The notes below the pieces were generated by a model, which worked only from the letters and a program-made list of their open reading frames with translations, did no database searches and was not told the DNA's origin. DNA of 64,000 bases from NCBI GenBank assembly GCA_025594325.1, contig JANHCV010000005.1, positions 1,240,001 through 1,304,000 of the forward strand. Direction: 5' to 3'. Shown one piece after another: positions 1 to 12,400 of the stretch. This stretch comes from Blastocladiella emersonii ATCC 22665 (taxonomy: Eukaryota > Fungi > Blastocladiomycota). The number at the start of each line of letters is the position of its first letter. Within the stretch, counting starts at the first letter, position 1. A program made the translations under genes and the position numbers.

Positions 1-1326
1 TCGAGCTGCTCAAGCTCGTCGCGACTGGCGGCCAGGCGTCGGTCTTCCTCGCGCGGCTGCCGCTCGACCACAACTCGCTCGTCATCGTCAAGGTCTTCTT
101 CAAGAAGCCGAGCGCGCACGAGCTCGCCGGCATGCGCGCCATGTCCATGACCAACTACGCCATCCGCCTCATCGGCGAGACCCGCGTGTCGCGCAACCAG
201 CTCCTCCCCTTCGAGCGCGACCTGAAGGGGCACCCGCACAACATCTCGATGGCCGCCTTCGAGTTCGACCCGCGCTCCGGCTACCTCACCGGGTGGTGCT
301 ACGAGCGGCTCCAGGGCGACCTCGAGCATTGTCTCCTCGAGAAGAAGACGCCCGTGGGCAACGCGATGAAGATGCTCGTCGCCCTTCAGATCGCCTACTT
401 TCTCCGCGGCGTGCACCACGTCGGGTACATTTTCCGCGTACGTTGTTTCATTCGGACCTTCGCTTGCGTGGTGCGATGCTGACTCGCTCGTGTGCATTCG
501 TGTAGGATCTCAAACCATCCAACATCCTGCTCAACACGCGCCTCGACAACGTGCCGCCCGAGGACGTCGTCAAGTACTTTGTACGTGCCTCCGCTCACTC
601 CCATCGGACCGTGATGATGCTCACCCCACCTCGCCTCGTAGTTGCAACACTACCCTGTCATCAAGGTCACCGATTTCGGCCTCGTCACCATGGAGAAGAA
701 GAGCAACCACTCGCGGTGCGCCGGCACCATGGGCTACATGTCTGCCAGTACGTTGTCCCTCCCTCCCTCACTCGCTCTCCGCTCAAGCGGCACCGGCTAA
801 CCCGCGACCACGCGCATCCCTAGAACAAATGCTGACCAGCGACTACGACCGGTCCGTGGACGTGACCGCGTACGCCATCACCCTCGCCGAGATCCTGATC
901 GAGGACCTGATCTTCGACACCAACGACAAGGACGAGGACATCGAGGCCGAGTTCCGCTCGCTGCGCGTCATCGACCGCATCGCCGCCCGCTTCGCCCGGT
1001 GCCGCCAGTACATCCCCTCGGCCCTCGCCGAGCTCATCTACGACACCCTGCGCGGCAACAACCGCAGCGTCGAGACCTTCATTGCCGTCCTCGAGGCCTC
1101 GCTTAAGGGGCTCGCGTTCGCGTTCGACGTCACCAAGTCCGACATGCAGCTCCTCAACCAGGGGATGGCGACGCCTGCCCGCCCGATCCTCGTCGGCGAG
1201 GACGGCGAGCCCGTCGCCGCTGCCGCGACTTCGACGCCTGGTGTTGGGCGGACCAGGTCCCGCCCCGCATCGACCGGCGCGCTGTACGCCACGGTCGCGG
1301 CGTCGACGCCCGCGCGAGGGTGGTGA
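1..1326 (+). CDS. Protein kinase (TKL/Ser-Thr-like), 5' end outside window; introns 438-505, 581-641, 748-823
   Basis: Spliced translation gives LVATGGQASVF (Gly-loop-like), IVKVF, IFR|DLKPSNILL, IKVTDFG, GTMGYMS and DYDRSVDVTAYAITLAE. All three introns are GTACGT...YAG with branch-like sites and restore frame. Confidence 0.9.
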
Positions 1327-1915
1327 GGGAGTTTGGAGTAGTGTAACATATATATGAGAAAATCGTTTTTGGTCACCGGCGCGACGCGACGCGTTTCAAA
1401 AAGGTATGACCCGCACGTCTCAGAAACGCATGACCAGCGTCGGCACGGACGAGCGCTCCCTCCCCTAACGTTGGCGCCCGCCACCCATGCATCTCATGAA
1501 TTCGGAACTTGCCGCAACATGATGCAACGTCCTGCATGACGTCAAGTTCCGTTGATGACGTGCGATTGGGAGACCGCGTGATCCGAGTTGCGACGGAGCA
1601 CTTTGCGTTTAAGATGTCCTCGGGCGACAGATTCAAGCGCTGCGCTGAAGGATCGGGCGCGCGAGACTCCTCGTTTGGGCTACTTGCTCGACTCGCGCTT
1701 CGCGGCCGGACCGACTTGCCGCGTTCGACCTCGCCGTTGCGTTCTGGCGTTTGTGAGCTCGATCCCGAGAGAACTTGCTGGCGGGCGTCGGTCGCGTTTG
1801 GCCTGTGGCCGGCTTGCACCTGCAACGATAAATAGCGCCCGCGCCCGCGCTCGCACTCGGTCGAGCTCTCTCTCTCCAACGAGTCCTTGCTCCTGACCTT
1901 CTGCCGCTGATCACG

Positions 1916-3105
1916 ATGCCGCCAACTCCTCGCACCACCTCCTGTCCGGCCGCCGCGCTGTCCGCGCCGTACCCACGTCCTGCTCCGGCTGCCGCACTCG
2001 CTGCCGTTGGTCCTGCGCCCGCTGCGGAGGATCGCCATGCGCCCCTCGTGGCAGCGACGCGCAAGCACGCCGACAAGGACACGGTCGCCCTCGCCCTGCA
2101 CGCCTACTTTGTCAACCAGATGCCCACGGCGGTGATCGCGGCGTGCTTCGGCAAGAACGAGCGGACCGTGCTGCGCTGGATCGCCGCCTACGAGTCCGAG
2201 GACCGCGTCGGCCCGCTGCCCGAGCGTGCCGCGGTGCCCCGCAAGTTCTTTGCGCCGCACGTCGAGTGGATCGTCCAGTACTACCGCGATAACCCGGCCG
2301 GCACGCACGAGACGGTCAAGATCGCGTTCGAGGCGCACTGGAACTTGAGCATTAGCGCGTCGTGCATCAGTCGGCTGCTCGCGCGCGCGACGCAGGTGCG
2401 TCTGTGCATACTGTTGCAACTTGTCAGCAACGCTCACTCACATCAAACGCCTGCACACTCTAGGATGCCGAGTTTCGCGCTTCTCGGGTCGACGCGGCTG
2501 ATCTCGCTCGCTTCACCACCGAGCTCAACGAGCTTGGTTGGGTGCAGGACGCGCTCGTTTTCGCCGACATTGCTTCGTTCGACAGCCGCGACATGTGCGG
2601 CGCGCCCGGCCACGAAACCGCCCAGCAGATCTCGCTTCTCCTCTTCGCTGGCGTCGACGGGCTCCTCAAGGTGTACGCGACGGACGGCGAGTACACGCGG
2701 CACAGCTTTGCGGTCTGCTGCGACAGTCTCGCGCGCTCGGGCAAGGTCTACCAGCACCCCGGCCGTCACTCGATCTGGGTCATGGACCCCGCCACGGCCC
2801 GCTGCAACGAATACATTGCCAAGCACCTCAGCGACTTTGGCCTCGCCCCAATCATGCTCCCCGCCAACTGCCACTTCCTCAACCCCGCGCGCATCCTCGC
2901 GGGCGCCATCAAGCGCGAGCTACGCCGCCAGTACGCCGAGCGCCGTGCCTCCAACGACGGCCTCCTCGCCACGCTCATCCCGATTCTCCGGCCGCTCTAC
3001 GATACGTGTATGCGCGACCTGTACTCGCACTGCGGCTATGTTCTCCCCGGTCCGTTTGATCCAAAGGACGCGGCTCGCCCTGACGTGACGCAGGGGCGGG
3101 GTTGA
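1916..3105 (+). CDS. IS630/Tc1-mariner-family transposase-derived protein (HTH + DDE_3-like), intron 2396-2463; probably catalytically dead or domesticated
   Basis: HTH region AVIAACFGKNERTVLRWIAAYE; second HTH-like WNLSISASCISRLL; DDE-like motifs VFADIASF, IWVMDPA and LPANCHFLNPAR (usual NPIE Glu absent). The GTGCGT...CTAG intron joins the two ORFs in frame. Confidence 0.8.
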
Positions 3106-3151
3106 TCAAGGACGCGGCTCGCCCTGACGTGACGCAGGGGCGGGGTTGATC
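3064..3151 (+). repeat. Perfect 44-bp tandem duplication spanning the transposase-like gene stop codon
   Basis: aaggacgcggctcgccctgacgtgacgcaggggcggggttgatc at 3064-3107 and 3108-3151. Confidence 0.95.
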
Positions 3152-3512
3152 AAGGTTTGTGGAATGCGACGGATCGGCGACTTGCTTGCTAGACAATAAA
3201 GTTGTTTGACGAACTCATCTACACTCAACTGAGAGTCTCTGCGTGGGATGAGGAGCCCAGGTCAAATTCACGATGTTGAAAGCTGGTGTACGCGTAACCA
3301 CGACGAAAACGACGGTAAGAGAATACTCGCAGTGTCGTTATTGACGGTTTTCACGATGACCAGGGACGCGTCGATCATTTGCGAGACATCACGTGGGGTT
3401 GAGACATCACGTGCGCGTGTGATTCGCGCAGCCGCCGGGCTTGCCGTGGCGCGACTCATTCCCACGCTCAGCGCGCCCTCATCCCCTCGCTCCCGATGAG
3501 ACCCAAACGCTC

Positions 3513-5800
3513 ATGAATCGAATGGATAACTTGATGCATCACGCTAGCGAGGGCCCGGGCGACCGTTCACTCGCTCGCCTTCCCGCCGAGCTCGCGAGCG
3601 CTGTGCTCCAGCTGGCGAACCCGCGTGCGGCCATCCCCGCCGCCTCCCTTTCGCTTCATGCTTCGGCTCGCACCGACTGTGTCGTGTACCAGTGGACCGT
3701 CGCGGTCATCGAGCGACTTTTTAAGTTTGCCATCCACGAAAACATACGGCCGAATCCCAGCGCGCTTCACCGTCTCTCCATGGTGGATCTTAACCCCGCC
3801 GAGATCCGGCAGGCGGGCTACGATAGCGGAATGCCCTACGATGGCGTCCCCGCACCTACCCAAGTTCTCGTGAACTTGGCAAACCTGCTGCGCCGCCGTA
3901 TTCGACTCGACAACGTCAACCCGGATACTCTTCGCCAACGCCTGGAGTCGGCCATCACCGCGCAGCACGCTTCCATCTTGACGTGCCCGCTCTCCACCCT
4001 CGCCTGTCTCATTGTTACGGCGACCACGCACGGCTGGACGGAGCCGCTCCGTCAAATTCTTGATGTCGCCGTTGCTCATTTGCCGCAGCTGCTCAATATT
4101 TCCCTCGGACTGCTCGAGTGGCTCACGCTCTTCAAGGAATTTTACGGCACGGATGACGAAGTCGACCAGCTCGAGCTACCCACGACACCGGTGCGGTTTG
4201 CTGACGTCTTGCCGTATCTCGCCATTCTGTCGCTTCGGGACCGGTCGTTCCTCCTGCTCGTCGAGAACCCTCGGTACTTGGTCGACACGCCGGCCCTCGC
4301 TTCGCTGCTTTGCCACGAGGATGCAGCCTACTTTGCGCTTTACAGCCCAGCCGACTATGCCAGGGGGCTCGGTGCGGCCGACATGTTCAAGGACATTGTC
4401 GGCTGGGTCTTCGAGCACTGCCCGACCATGTCGACGACGGTGCGCAAGTCTTACGTGCACGGCGCGGCATTCGCGGGCCACAATGTCTTTGTGCCGCTGC
4501 TCTCGCGCTTCCCCGAAGAGGTCGTGCACGCCTTTTATGCCTATCTCGAGCTTCGCGACATTTACGTCATGCAGTGGTTTCCCGTCTTCAGCCTTGAGGA
4601 CGAGGTGATTGAGCTTGGGTTCCACATCACCGACTGGTTCGATCGCGGAATGTCCGTCGAGGACCTCGAGCTGCTCGATTCGCACGGACTCGTTGCCCCA
4701 AAACGCTGGGCCGGCTTTCTTGGCACCGCGATTGCTCGCGGGGAGTGGGCTTTTGTTCAGCGGATTCGCGGGCGGTACTCTGCCGAGGAGTGGAAGCAGC
4801 TGCTTCTGAACGGTACGAGTTTTTGCTGTGTCGCAGTGATCGTAGAGACTGACATTGTTGGTTTGGTGTAGCGTTCCGCAGCGGCCTCGGAGGGCATCAG
4901 CCTCGGCTTCGCAAGGATATCCGCAAGTCTGTGCTTCGCTTTGCGCTCGTTCCAAATGACCGTGGCGGTACAGACTGCCAGCTGACTCTCGATAACTTTG
5001 TTGACGCTTGCCGTCCGCATTCGACGTGGCGCAGTCACAAGATTCCGACTGCAGACTTTCTACTCGATAGCTATGGGACGCTTGTGATTCCGACTGAGCT
5101 TCTCCAGTTTCTCTGCTCGCGCCCCGACAACGACGCTTCGACCTGGTCGACTTGTGTCACTATCGCGCGGCTGCTTGCATCGGTGTACTCTTTCACGAAG
5201 ACGAGCAAGCGCCTCGTCAAGTCGATCAAGACTTCTGGCGCCGCGCATTTGTACCTTCGCGTCACAATTCGGGCTCTGTTTCACCACGACGGCGCGCCGT
5301 GCATGCACGATCGCTTCAACTTCGTGGACAAATCCGCTCTCATTCTGGCGCCCGAATGTTCGCTCGCTCCGAAACAGCTGTGGCGCAGTCTCTTCAAGGC
5401 TTTGCTGAAACTGTGCAAACGAGAGCAGTCGAAATCGCTCGCGTCCCTCGTTGGCGACGTTTGGACCCGGCTGTGCGGTTGCTTCGACGGTCGCTGCGGC
5501 GAGAATCCGTGCGTCAGCTTCAAGTCGGCTCGGCTTGTCGCGCGCACGCTCTTTGATGCCGATCCGCAGGCTGCGTTTGACGCGCTCCAGCGCGAGGCAA
5601 ACGCTGGCGGCCTCCCCCTTTCGGTGCTGCGTCTCCCTCCGAGCGGCACTTTCGACGGCCGTGCGACTCCGGAGGAGCTGGCGGCGCTGATTTGCAAACT
5701 CTACACGGACTCGGGAGTTGCGGCCGAGAAGGAGGGGGCCACGCACACGTTCGAAGTCTTGGCGCCAGAGGCTTCCAAGCTGGTCAGCCTCGACCTGTAA
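3513..5800 (+). CDS. Orphan-family protein with F-box-like N-terminus and degenerate helical (ankyrin-like) repeats; intron 4813-4871
   Basis: ORFs 3441-4871 and 4931-5800 are joined in frame by a GTACGA...TGTAG intron (LLNG|AFRSGLG). N-terminal SLARLPAELASAVLQLA is F-box-like, and GAAFAGHN is ankyrin-like. Confidence 0.6.
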
Positions 5801-6287
5801 ACGGTTTCGTTTTGCAGCTGCTGTGCGCGCGGGTCGACCTACCGCTTTTGTATCTTGCCCCGTATCGTCGTTGATTTGTTTGACCCGACGCTGGAAAGAC
5901 ATGTGTGTTTTCCTAGCAGTCTCCTTCATGTCCATCTATATATACCTCACATCGATCAATCACCCATACTCATGTACAGGCGAAACCGGTCAATTAAGAG
6001 CCGGGCAAATGCAATTATGCATTATCCTCGCAAAATTGCAGCATGGGCAAACAAATACGCGCCGGCTGACTCGTCCCTTACTTTCGTGCCGGGCCGAGAC
6101 GCGTTGCGCCACTCACGTGGACGTGAAACGACTGAGGGTTGTCAGGGCAATCCGGCTGTGGCGGATCAGAAACGCGTCGAAAGTCGCTTGATGTTTAGGA
6201 CGCTAACCTACGACGGCTTACCTGCCCCAAAAAGAGTCGATTCAGATATTATACTTGAGGCACCTAGACGCTTCGCGTCTGGTTTTC

Positions 6288-7917
6288 AATCGAGGGCTAA
6301 AGCCCGCGCCACGTTGGGCGCTTGCGCCGTTTCGCGCGTGGCAGTACAGCGCGTCGCAGCTTTGCGCGTCGCAGCTTTGCGCGTCACAGCACAGCGCGTT
6401 CCCCTGCTGCGCGATGCGCGCGCCTCAACAAAGGATGGTGCGGTTTGGTCGCTCGCGTTGAGTGGCGGCACCGCCATGTGTCACCGGCGCGGCATCAGCA
6501 ATCGCGCTGCAGCGAGGGCGCCAAGCAAGCTCCTGCATGGCGCTCGAGGCGATAGCCGTCGCGGCAGGAGCGCGAGGCGTGGATCGATGAGTTCGTCTCA
6601 GTAAAGCTGTTTGAACCACGCGACGAGTGGTGCGTCCACGATGGCGGCCACGGTGCTTCATGTGTTTTGGGTTGAGAGGGCGCTCGGCGAGCGATCCGGT
6701 GGCGCTGGTGCGGAGCCCGCCCCCGATCTAGCCCTTGTCGACCGCCGCGGGGGCGTTTACGATGCGGACGTCGTCCAGTGCCGCGGAGACGATTGCGCGC
6801 GAAGAGTGTGCACTCAAACGCGTTCGCTTGAGTGTCGGCGACCTTGCCGCCAGTTTTTGGGCATTCGGCGCAGTTGGGGGACTCGTAGCGGTGCGGCCAG
6901 AGCTGGTGCAAACAGCCGCGGGTCGGCAGCTGGCCTGCGAGCGCGCGGAGCTGGAAGCACGGGAGCGAGTTCGCGGTGAGGGACTCGCTCGGGTGGATGC
7001 GGCGCGTGCTGCCCCGAAGCGCAGTGACAAGGGCTGGGACATCGATGGGGGAGGACGTGATGCCAGCGGACGCGGTCAGAGCGAGCCGCGGGTCGTGTCG
7101 CGCGTCGTGCAGGCGGCGGAGAGCGCGTCGCGGGACTGAGTTGAAGTCGCAGCCGCGCCTGCGCGCCGTGAAGCTCCAAGTTCACGGCGTGGCCACGGAC
7201 CCACTCGACCTGGAGCTCGCGGGCCGCGATGATCCAGCGGAGCACGGCCCACTCGAGCGAGCACGTTGCGCGGACCCGCACCCACGCGAACAGCGAGTTC
7301 CAGCGATCCGCTCACAAAGACGTCTGCGCCCGCTGCAACGTCTGGCAAACCCAAGCCACGGAGCGACCCGTCCGTGTAGCGGACCGCAACTCAAAGAGCG
7401 GATCTCTCGACCTCGCAGTCCTCACTCGAACTCACGTTCATGGGACCTCGCAAGTCGTTCTCGGTGGTGCAACCGTTGAACTCGCGCTTATGTCAACTAG
7501 CCTGCGCTAGCGGCTCCCAGGTGAACCGCGTCGTTTAAGGATGTGCACCGAACACGGGCTCCGTTCTCCAACACGCACGCCAAGCACGGGCTCCGTTAGC
7601 GGCTTACCGCGCTTCTGCAGCTCTCACGCTTTCATGTGCTCGGAGTCTCGCGGGCCTGGTCGAGGGTCGGTGCAAAGCGTTAAACGTTCCGCGATGGCCG
7701 AGCGGAACAGCGTCAAGCGACGCGCTTCCGGGGGTTGGGCCGAGGCCGATCACGTGCACGGCCAGGACGCGTTGCGCCACAGCGATCACATGACAAGCGA
7801 CGCGTCTGTCACGCGTTTCGAGGACATTCACATGACGAGAGGGCGACATGCTCACGTGAGCGTCGGCACCCTATCCGGCCGCGACGCGGTCTAAAAAGAG
7901 GGCTTTAGCCCTCGATT
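6288..7917 (-). mobile_element. Degenerate non-LTR (LINE-like) retroelement 3' fragment: RNase H plus Cys-rich zinc-finger remnant, bounded by an 18-bp inverted repeat
   Basis: Minus-strand frames give RYTDGS (~7380), AAGADVFVSGSLELAV, RELQVEWVRGHA, CAECPKTGGKVADTQANAFEC and AAIVDAPLVAWFKQ, with frameshifts. aatcgagggctaaagccc (6288-6305) is the reverse complement of 7900-7917. Confidence 0.7.
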
Positions 7918-7988
7918 AATGTTCCATTTGGACAACAAGCAATAAATTGAGTCATGCAGCACGAATCGTCGCGACCAAGCCCAGTAAT

Positions 7989-10534
7989 TCACTGGATTGC
8001 CTTGAGGGCTGCGGCATACTTTCGCGATCGCATCGTTACAGGAGCAGCCCGCCCGATTTCCTTTACGCAACAGATGTCACGTTGCTGCTGCAGGGCGTGT
8101 ACGCAGCGGGCAACCCAGTTGGCGTCGCGCACACGGTCCAGCGCGCCGTCCTGGATCTGGCGCCAGAACTCGATGCACTTGGGCGGAGCGTCGGCCGCAA
8201 CAATATCGAGCAGACCATTCAAGTCGACGCCAGCGATTGCGCGGATCAGCTCGCGGCTTGGATGAGAAACCTGGTGCCCGGCGCACTGAGGTTTGCAAGC
8301 AAAGGGCGTATTCACAAGGCGCATCACGAGTTTCGGATCCGCTGAGTCCTGGGCGAGCGAAGTCAAGGCTCGTTTAGCGACGGCAGGGAGCTGCGCGAGA
8401 GCACCATGAAAACGCGACAGGTCAGCAATTGTCGCAATCCAAGCCGGTTGCTGAGAGAGAAAGCACGAGTCGCACGTCCGCGAAGAATCGCTGCCAATCG
8501 GAAGGGACACCATGATGCGGTGGTCTTTGCCGTAACCCACCTGAACCAGAATCATCAAGCCAAGGAAATGTGGTGCGGCCCCGGTCTGACGCAAGAGTTC
8601 CAAGGCTCGAGCTCGCGACTCGGGACACTGGAGAGCTGCAACCGCAATCCACTGCATTAGCGTCATGTCGATAAGGTGGCCTGATCCAGCTTGACACACG
8701 ATCCGCACGGCAAGCTCAAACATTCCGAGCGCATCGCGATCCGTTGAATGCCAAAACACGGTGCCGAGGCGACATCTGAAGCGTTCCAAATGTGAATAAT
8801 GCAAGTTCCCAAGTTTAGGGGAGCGTTGGGCGTCCGCCCGAAGTGGTTGCCTGCTGAGATCAGACCTCGAGCATTCGCGATGAGTGCACTCGGTGAAGAA
8901 TTCGGATGCAAGTCGATCAATGAGCTCGTGCCGATGGTCCGGTGCGTACAACGCCCAGAAGTCAAGAATATGACACGCATCGCCCAAACTGGCCGAGAAG
9001 GCTAAACGCGTGAGTTAGCCTCAGTTTTGAAGAACCAGTGTTCCGCAAATGAGTTAGTCGTACCCTTGACAGTAAGATCCATGAGCTTGCCTGTCCCCAA
9101 GCGCGCGATCACGGCTTGCTCAAGCAGGTCAAAACCTGTTTGTTGTTCAGGCTTCGCGCTGAACATGGCAGTGAGGATGGGTAACCACGTCGCGTCGTCG
9201 AGAAGGCCACTATTGTCGAGGAAGCCCAAAAAGTCGACCCCAGCTTCGCTGGACTCGCGCCGGCAGCTCCACACGGCGAGTTTGGCCCGATCAGCAGGCT
9301 CGGTGGCAGCAGCAACTCGGCCCGCATGTTGCTCGACGAGAAGCTTGAGCGAACCGTCCAATGAGTGGGCCAACAGCTTGCTTACCAGTCCGAATTTGAG
9401 AAGTTCCTCCGCAACGACCGTGTACTCGGTCCGAAGAAGCCAATCCAAGGCTCGAGCCACACGGTCCGGGTCGTTTGAGTAGAGTGATAGCGTTTCAAGT
9501 GCTGCCCTCGTCAGGCAGTGTGGGTGCGCGCTTGCGCAAAAGATTGCATCTCCGAGCTCCTGGAGACGCGCCTCGATACCCAACGCGTCGAAGCTGACAA
9601 CCACTCCAGGGTTCCAAGCGACGACCGAAAGTCGAATGAGATACTCGAGTAGAGTCGGTAGTTCGTTTGGCATGCACATGGCGAAGCACGCAGACACTGG
9701 ATGATGCTTGGGCCAGTCTGCGCGAATCGAGAGCAATGCACCTGCGCGCGCGTACGTCGCGCTGAGCAACTTTGACGTGGTCGCTTCGTCCGACTGCGTG
9801 ACCGCTGTAACCAAGAGCTGGATGTGAGAGTAGATGGGAAAGCCCCAGCAGGACAGGAGCGGAGCCGCGATGGAGCCGTCCGACATTGATCCGTCGGGAG
9901 TGGAAACTTGATCATCGTTGGGAGTAAAAGCGTGATCATCCACGGCCTCCGTATTGCCCTCCTGGACTGTCGCGATGGTGCCGTCACCGGGTTCGAACGC
10001 CTCGTACACGTCGCCCTCCTCGGGAAGTTCGTCGTCGACAAGGTCCACGTTTGGGTGGAGGTGTGTGTTGAGTAGCGATTCGTACGCATCGTGCGGAAAC
10101 ATGGCAAGCTCCGCGAGCCACTCCGGATCGTTGCTCGAGCGGGCAAGAACGGGTTTAATGCAATCGAGAAAGAGCTCGGAAGCGCACAGATAAAAGCTGA
10201 CCGGTGGTGCTTGAGCGTCGGTTGGTGCTCTCGAATAGAGGACCGCATCGATGTCCATCCGTAAGTCACTGGGCATCGAGTCCGCGACCTTTGCTGAGAT
10301 CCAGTCAACCAGGCACCGGCGCTTCCAGGTGCGCTTGACCTCCCTCATGGACACCAAACCATAGAGCTCGCTGCTGGCCGCGCACAGGGCGCGGTGAGGG
10401 ACCGCAAGTTGAGTGACAAAGGCGAGCACCTTGGTCGGGACAGTAGCAAGAGTCTCGTGGCTGCGGAACTCCATGTCGGCAGCCAGTTGCATCAAGTTTG
10501 CATTTGCATTTGCATTCGTGCGATCTCGCTCCAT
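7989..10534 (-). CDS. Paralogue of the 3513-5800 gene (F-box-like/helical repeat orphan family); intron 9002-9063
   Basis: A GTACGA...GCTAAC...TTTAG intron joins ORFs 9002-10615 and 7989-8987 (LTVKG|AFSASLG) at the same position and phase as in the 3513 gene. Shared blocks are FLDNSGLLDDATW vs LLDSHGLVAPKRW, and QTGAAPHFL vs TSGAAHLYL. Confidence 0.6.
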
Positions 10535-10877
10535 GGTGGCTTTGCTGAGGAATCGAGCGTGGTGAGACGCGTGCGAACGCGCGACCAGGCGTCCCCCAAG
10601 CCGCGCGCCGCTCACACGATTGTTTGCCGCGTCCTTGTCTCACACACGCGTGTCTCCGATGCTTGATGCTTCCCCTTCTCCAATCAAGGGGTCGGAAAAA
10701 CGCGGAGACCTCAGCCAAACCTGCGCAGGTCCAGCTTGTCGAACCCCACTCGTTAGGGTGGATACATGGGACCGGCCGGCTCTTCGCCAACAGAAAAAGG
10801 AGTCAACGAGATAAAATTAAAAACATGTAATAATTGTTAGAGGGTAGACATTGTCGCCGATTGAAAACTATTCTAGA

Positions 10878-12400
10878 TCAAAAGTAAAACTCGTCGTCTT
10901 CAAACTCCTTGTCGTACTCGTAGTCGTAGCTGTCGCCTTCGTGGTCGAAAGCGCTGAACTGCCAGTACTCGAGGCCGTAGTGACGGTCCTGCTCTTCATC
11001 GTCTGAATCGCACGCAGGGTCGGTTGAAAATTCCCAGGCGGGACCGCTGCGATCGTCGAGTCCGGTCCAATTACGCGACGGCGTCCCGGCTTTGACAACG
11101 GTGAGACTCGTTGGTAGACGGCGTGCGAACGCGTCCAAGAACTCAACGCTCGTGTCCGGGTGCACGAGTAGCTGGCGCAGGGGTTTGGGAAGCTCGGACT
11201 GATTCAGCGCCCACAGCCCGCGCCGCTTGAGGTTCCAGTGCGAAACGTCGAGTTGCTCGAGATGTGGGGGAAGGTGAGCAGCGAGGTACTTGAACGCGCG
11301 TTCGTAGCGCGACGGAATCATGTTCATTGCGAGCCGTTTGAGCGTTGGGGGTAGCCCATCAATGAAGGTCTTGTGATGGCGATACTGCTCTTCGGCCGCG
11401 TTGCGATCAATGCCATATTCTTTATCGGTGTCCACAACCTCCAGAACAGCGAGGTTTGGCGGAAGAACTCGGGCGAGTTCAGCACAGTCGATCGGCCCGT
11501 TTTCGGAAAGGTCGAGCGATGTGATGTTTGGCGATAGGAGCTTGGCGAGCTGCGGGTAAGGCTCGCCATCCTCCATGAATTCGTTTCCTCGAATACTGAG
11601 AGTTGTGATAAAAGCAGGAAGGCGTTCGAATTGACCGTTTTCGGGTCGGATGATGAAACAATCGTCTAGGTTGAGGTTCTCCAGGGTCGTTGGGAAGAAG
11701 GACTTGAGTGCGGTTACCGTGCGCTGGCAAAACTGGTTACCAGCGAGGTTCAAATACTAGAGCGTGTCAGGAAGTGGGCCGCAAACAAAAAACGGAGCGA
11801 GCGTCTGGCCGTAGCGGTGAATCGAGCGCAGCGTCAACGTAATAAGTTTGGGAGGAAGCCAGCTGTCGCCGTTTGGGGGGCGATCGGGCAATAGGCGCTC
11901 GAGGAGCCGAGGGGATTTTGAGAGAGGTCAAGATGGAGGACACTGCTTGGGAGCTGAAGCAAGCGGACCTTAGCGAGGACAAGTCCGCAGTCCACGAGCG
12001 AGACACTCGAGACGCGTTGCAAGGCGCTATTGAGGGCTTTGCCAAGGCGACGTGCGCCCCATTCTGAAATAATCATATGCGAGAGCTTGACGGAAACCAG
12101 TTGACCGGCTTCAATAGCGGGGGCAGTCAAAAGGACCGCCAAATTGCCTCGGAGTGCGCGGCGTTCGGGCGACTCGGAGATAGCCGACTCGTTTGTGAAG
12201 ACGGATTTGGACACACGCCGGCAGGTTTCGGGGATGAGCTTACGTGGGAGCACTCCGAGGTACTGGCAAGCCGCGCGCAGATCGAACGGCGAAGCAACAC
12301 GGCTTTGCTAAGGATCGTGTCGATCAGGTGCGGGATCTTGAGCGACCCTCGGATGGCACGTTGCATGTGCTTTCCATGTTTAGTTTGGCTCTTTCGCTGC
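10878..12400 (-). pseudogene. Leucine-rich-repeat (RNI-like, possibly F-box/LRR) gene, disrupted
   Basis: LRR units LHLDLSQNPL, YLNLAGNQF, LENLNLDDC, ITTLSIRGNEF, ITSLDLSENG and LEQLDVSHWNL. An in-frame TAG near 11758-11760 and frame changes near 11830 and 12200 are not explained by introns. Confidence 0.65.

Noticed and set aside
1916-5800. Fanzor/TnpB system (Tc1-like transposase next to a long ORF)
   Set aside because: The downstream ORF shows no RuvC D-E-D motifs or C-terminal zinc ribbon, and no element ends are visible.
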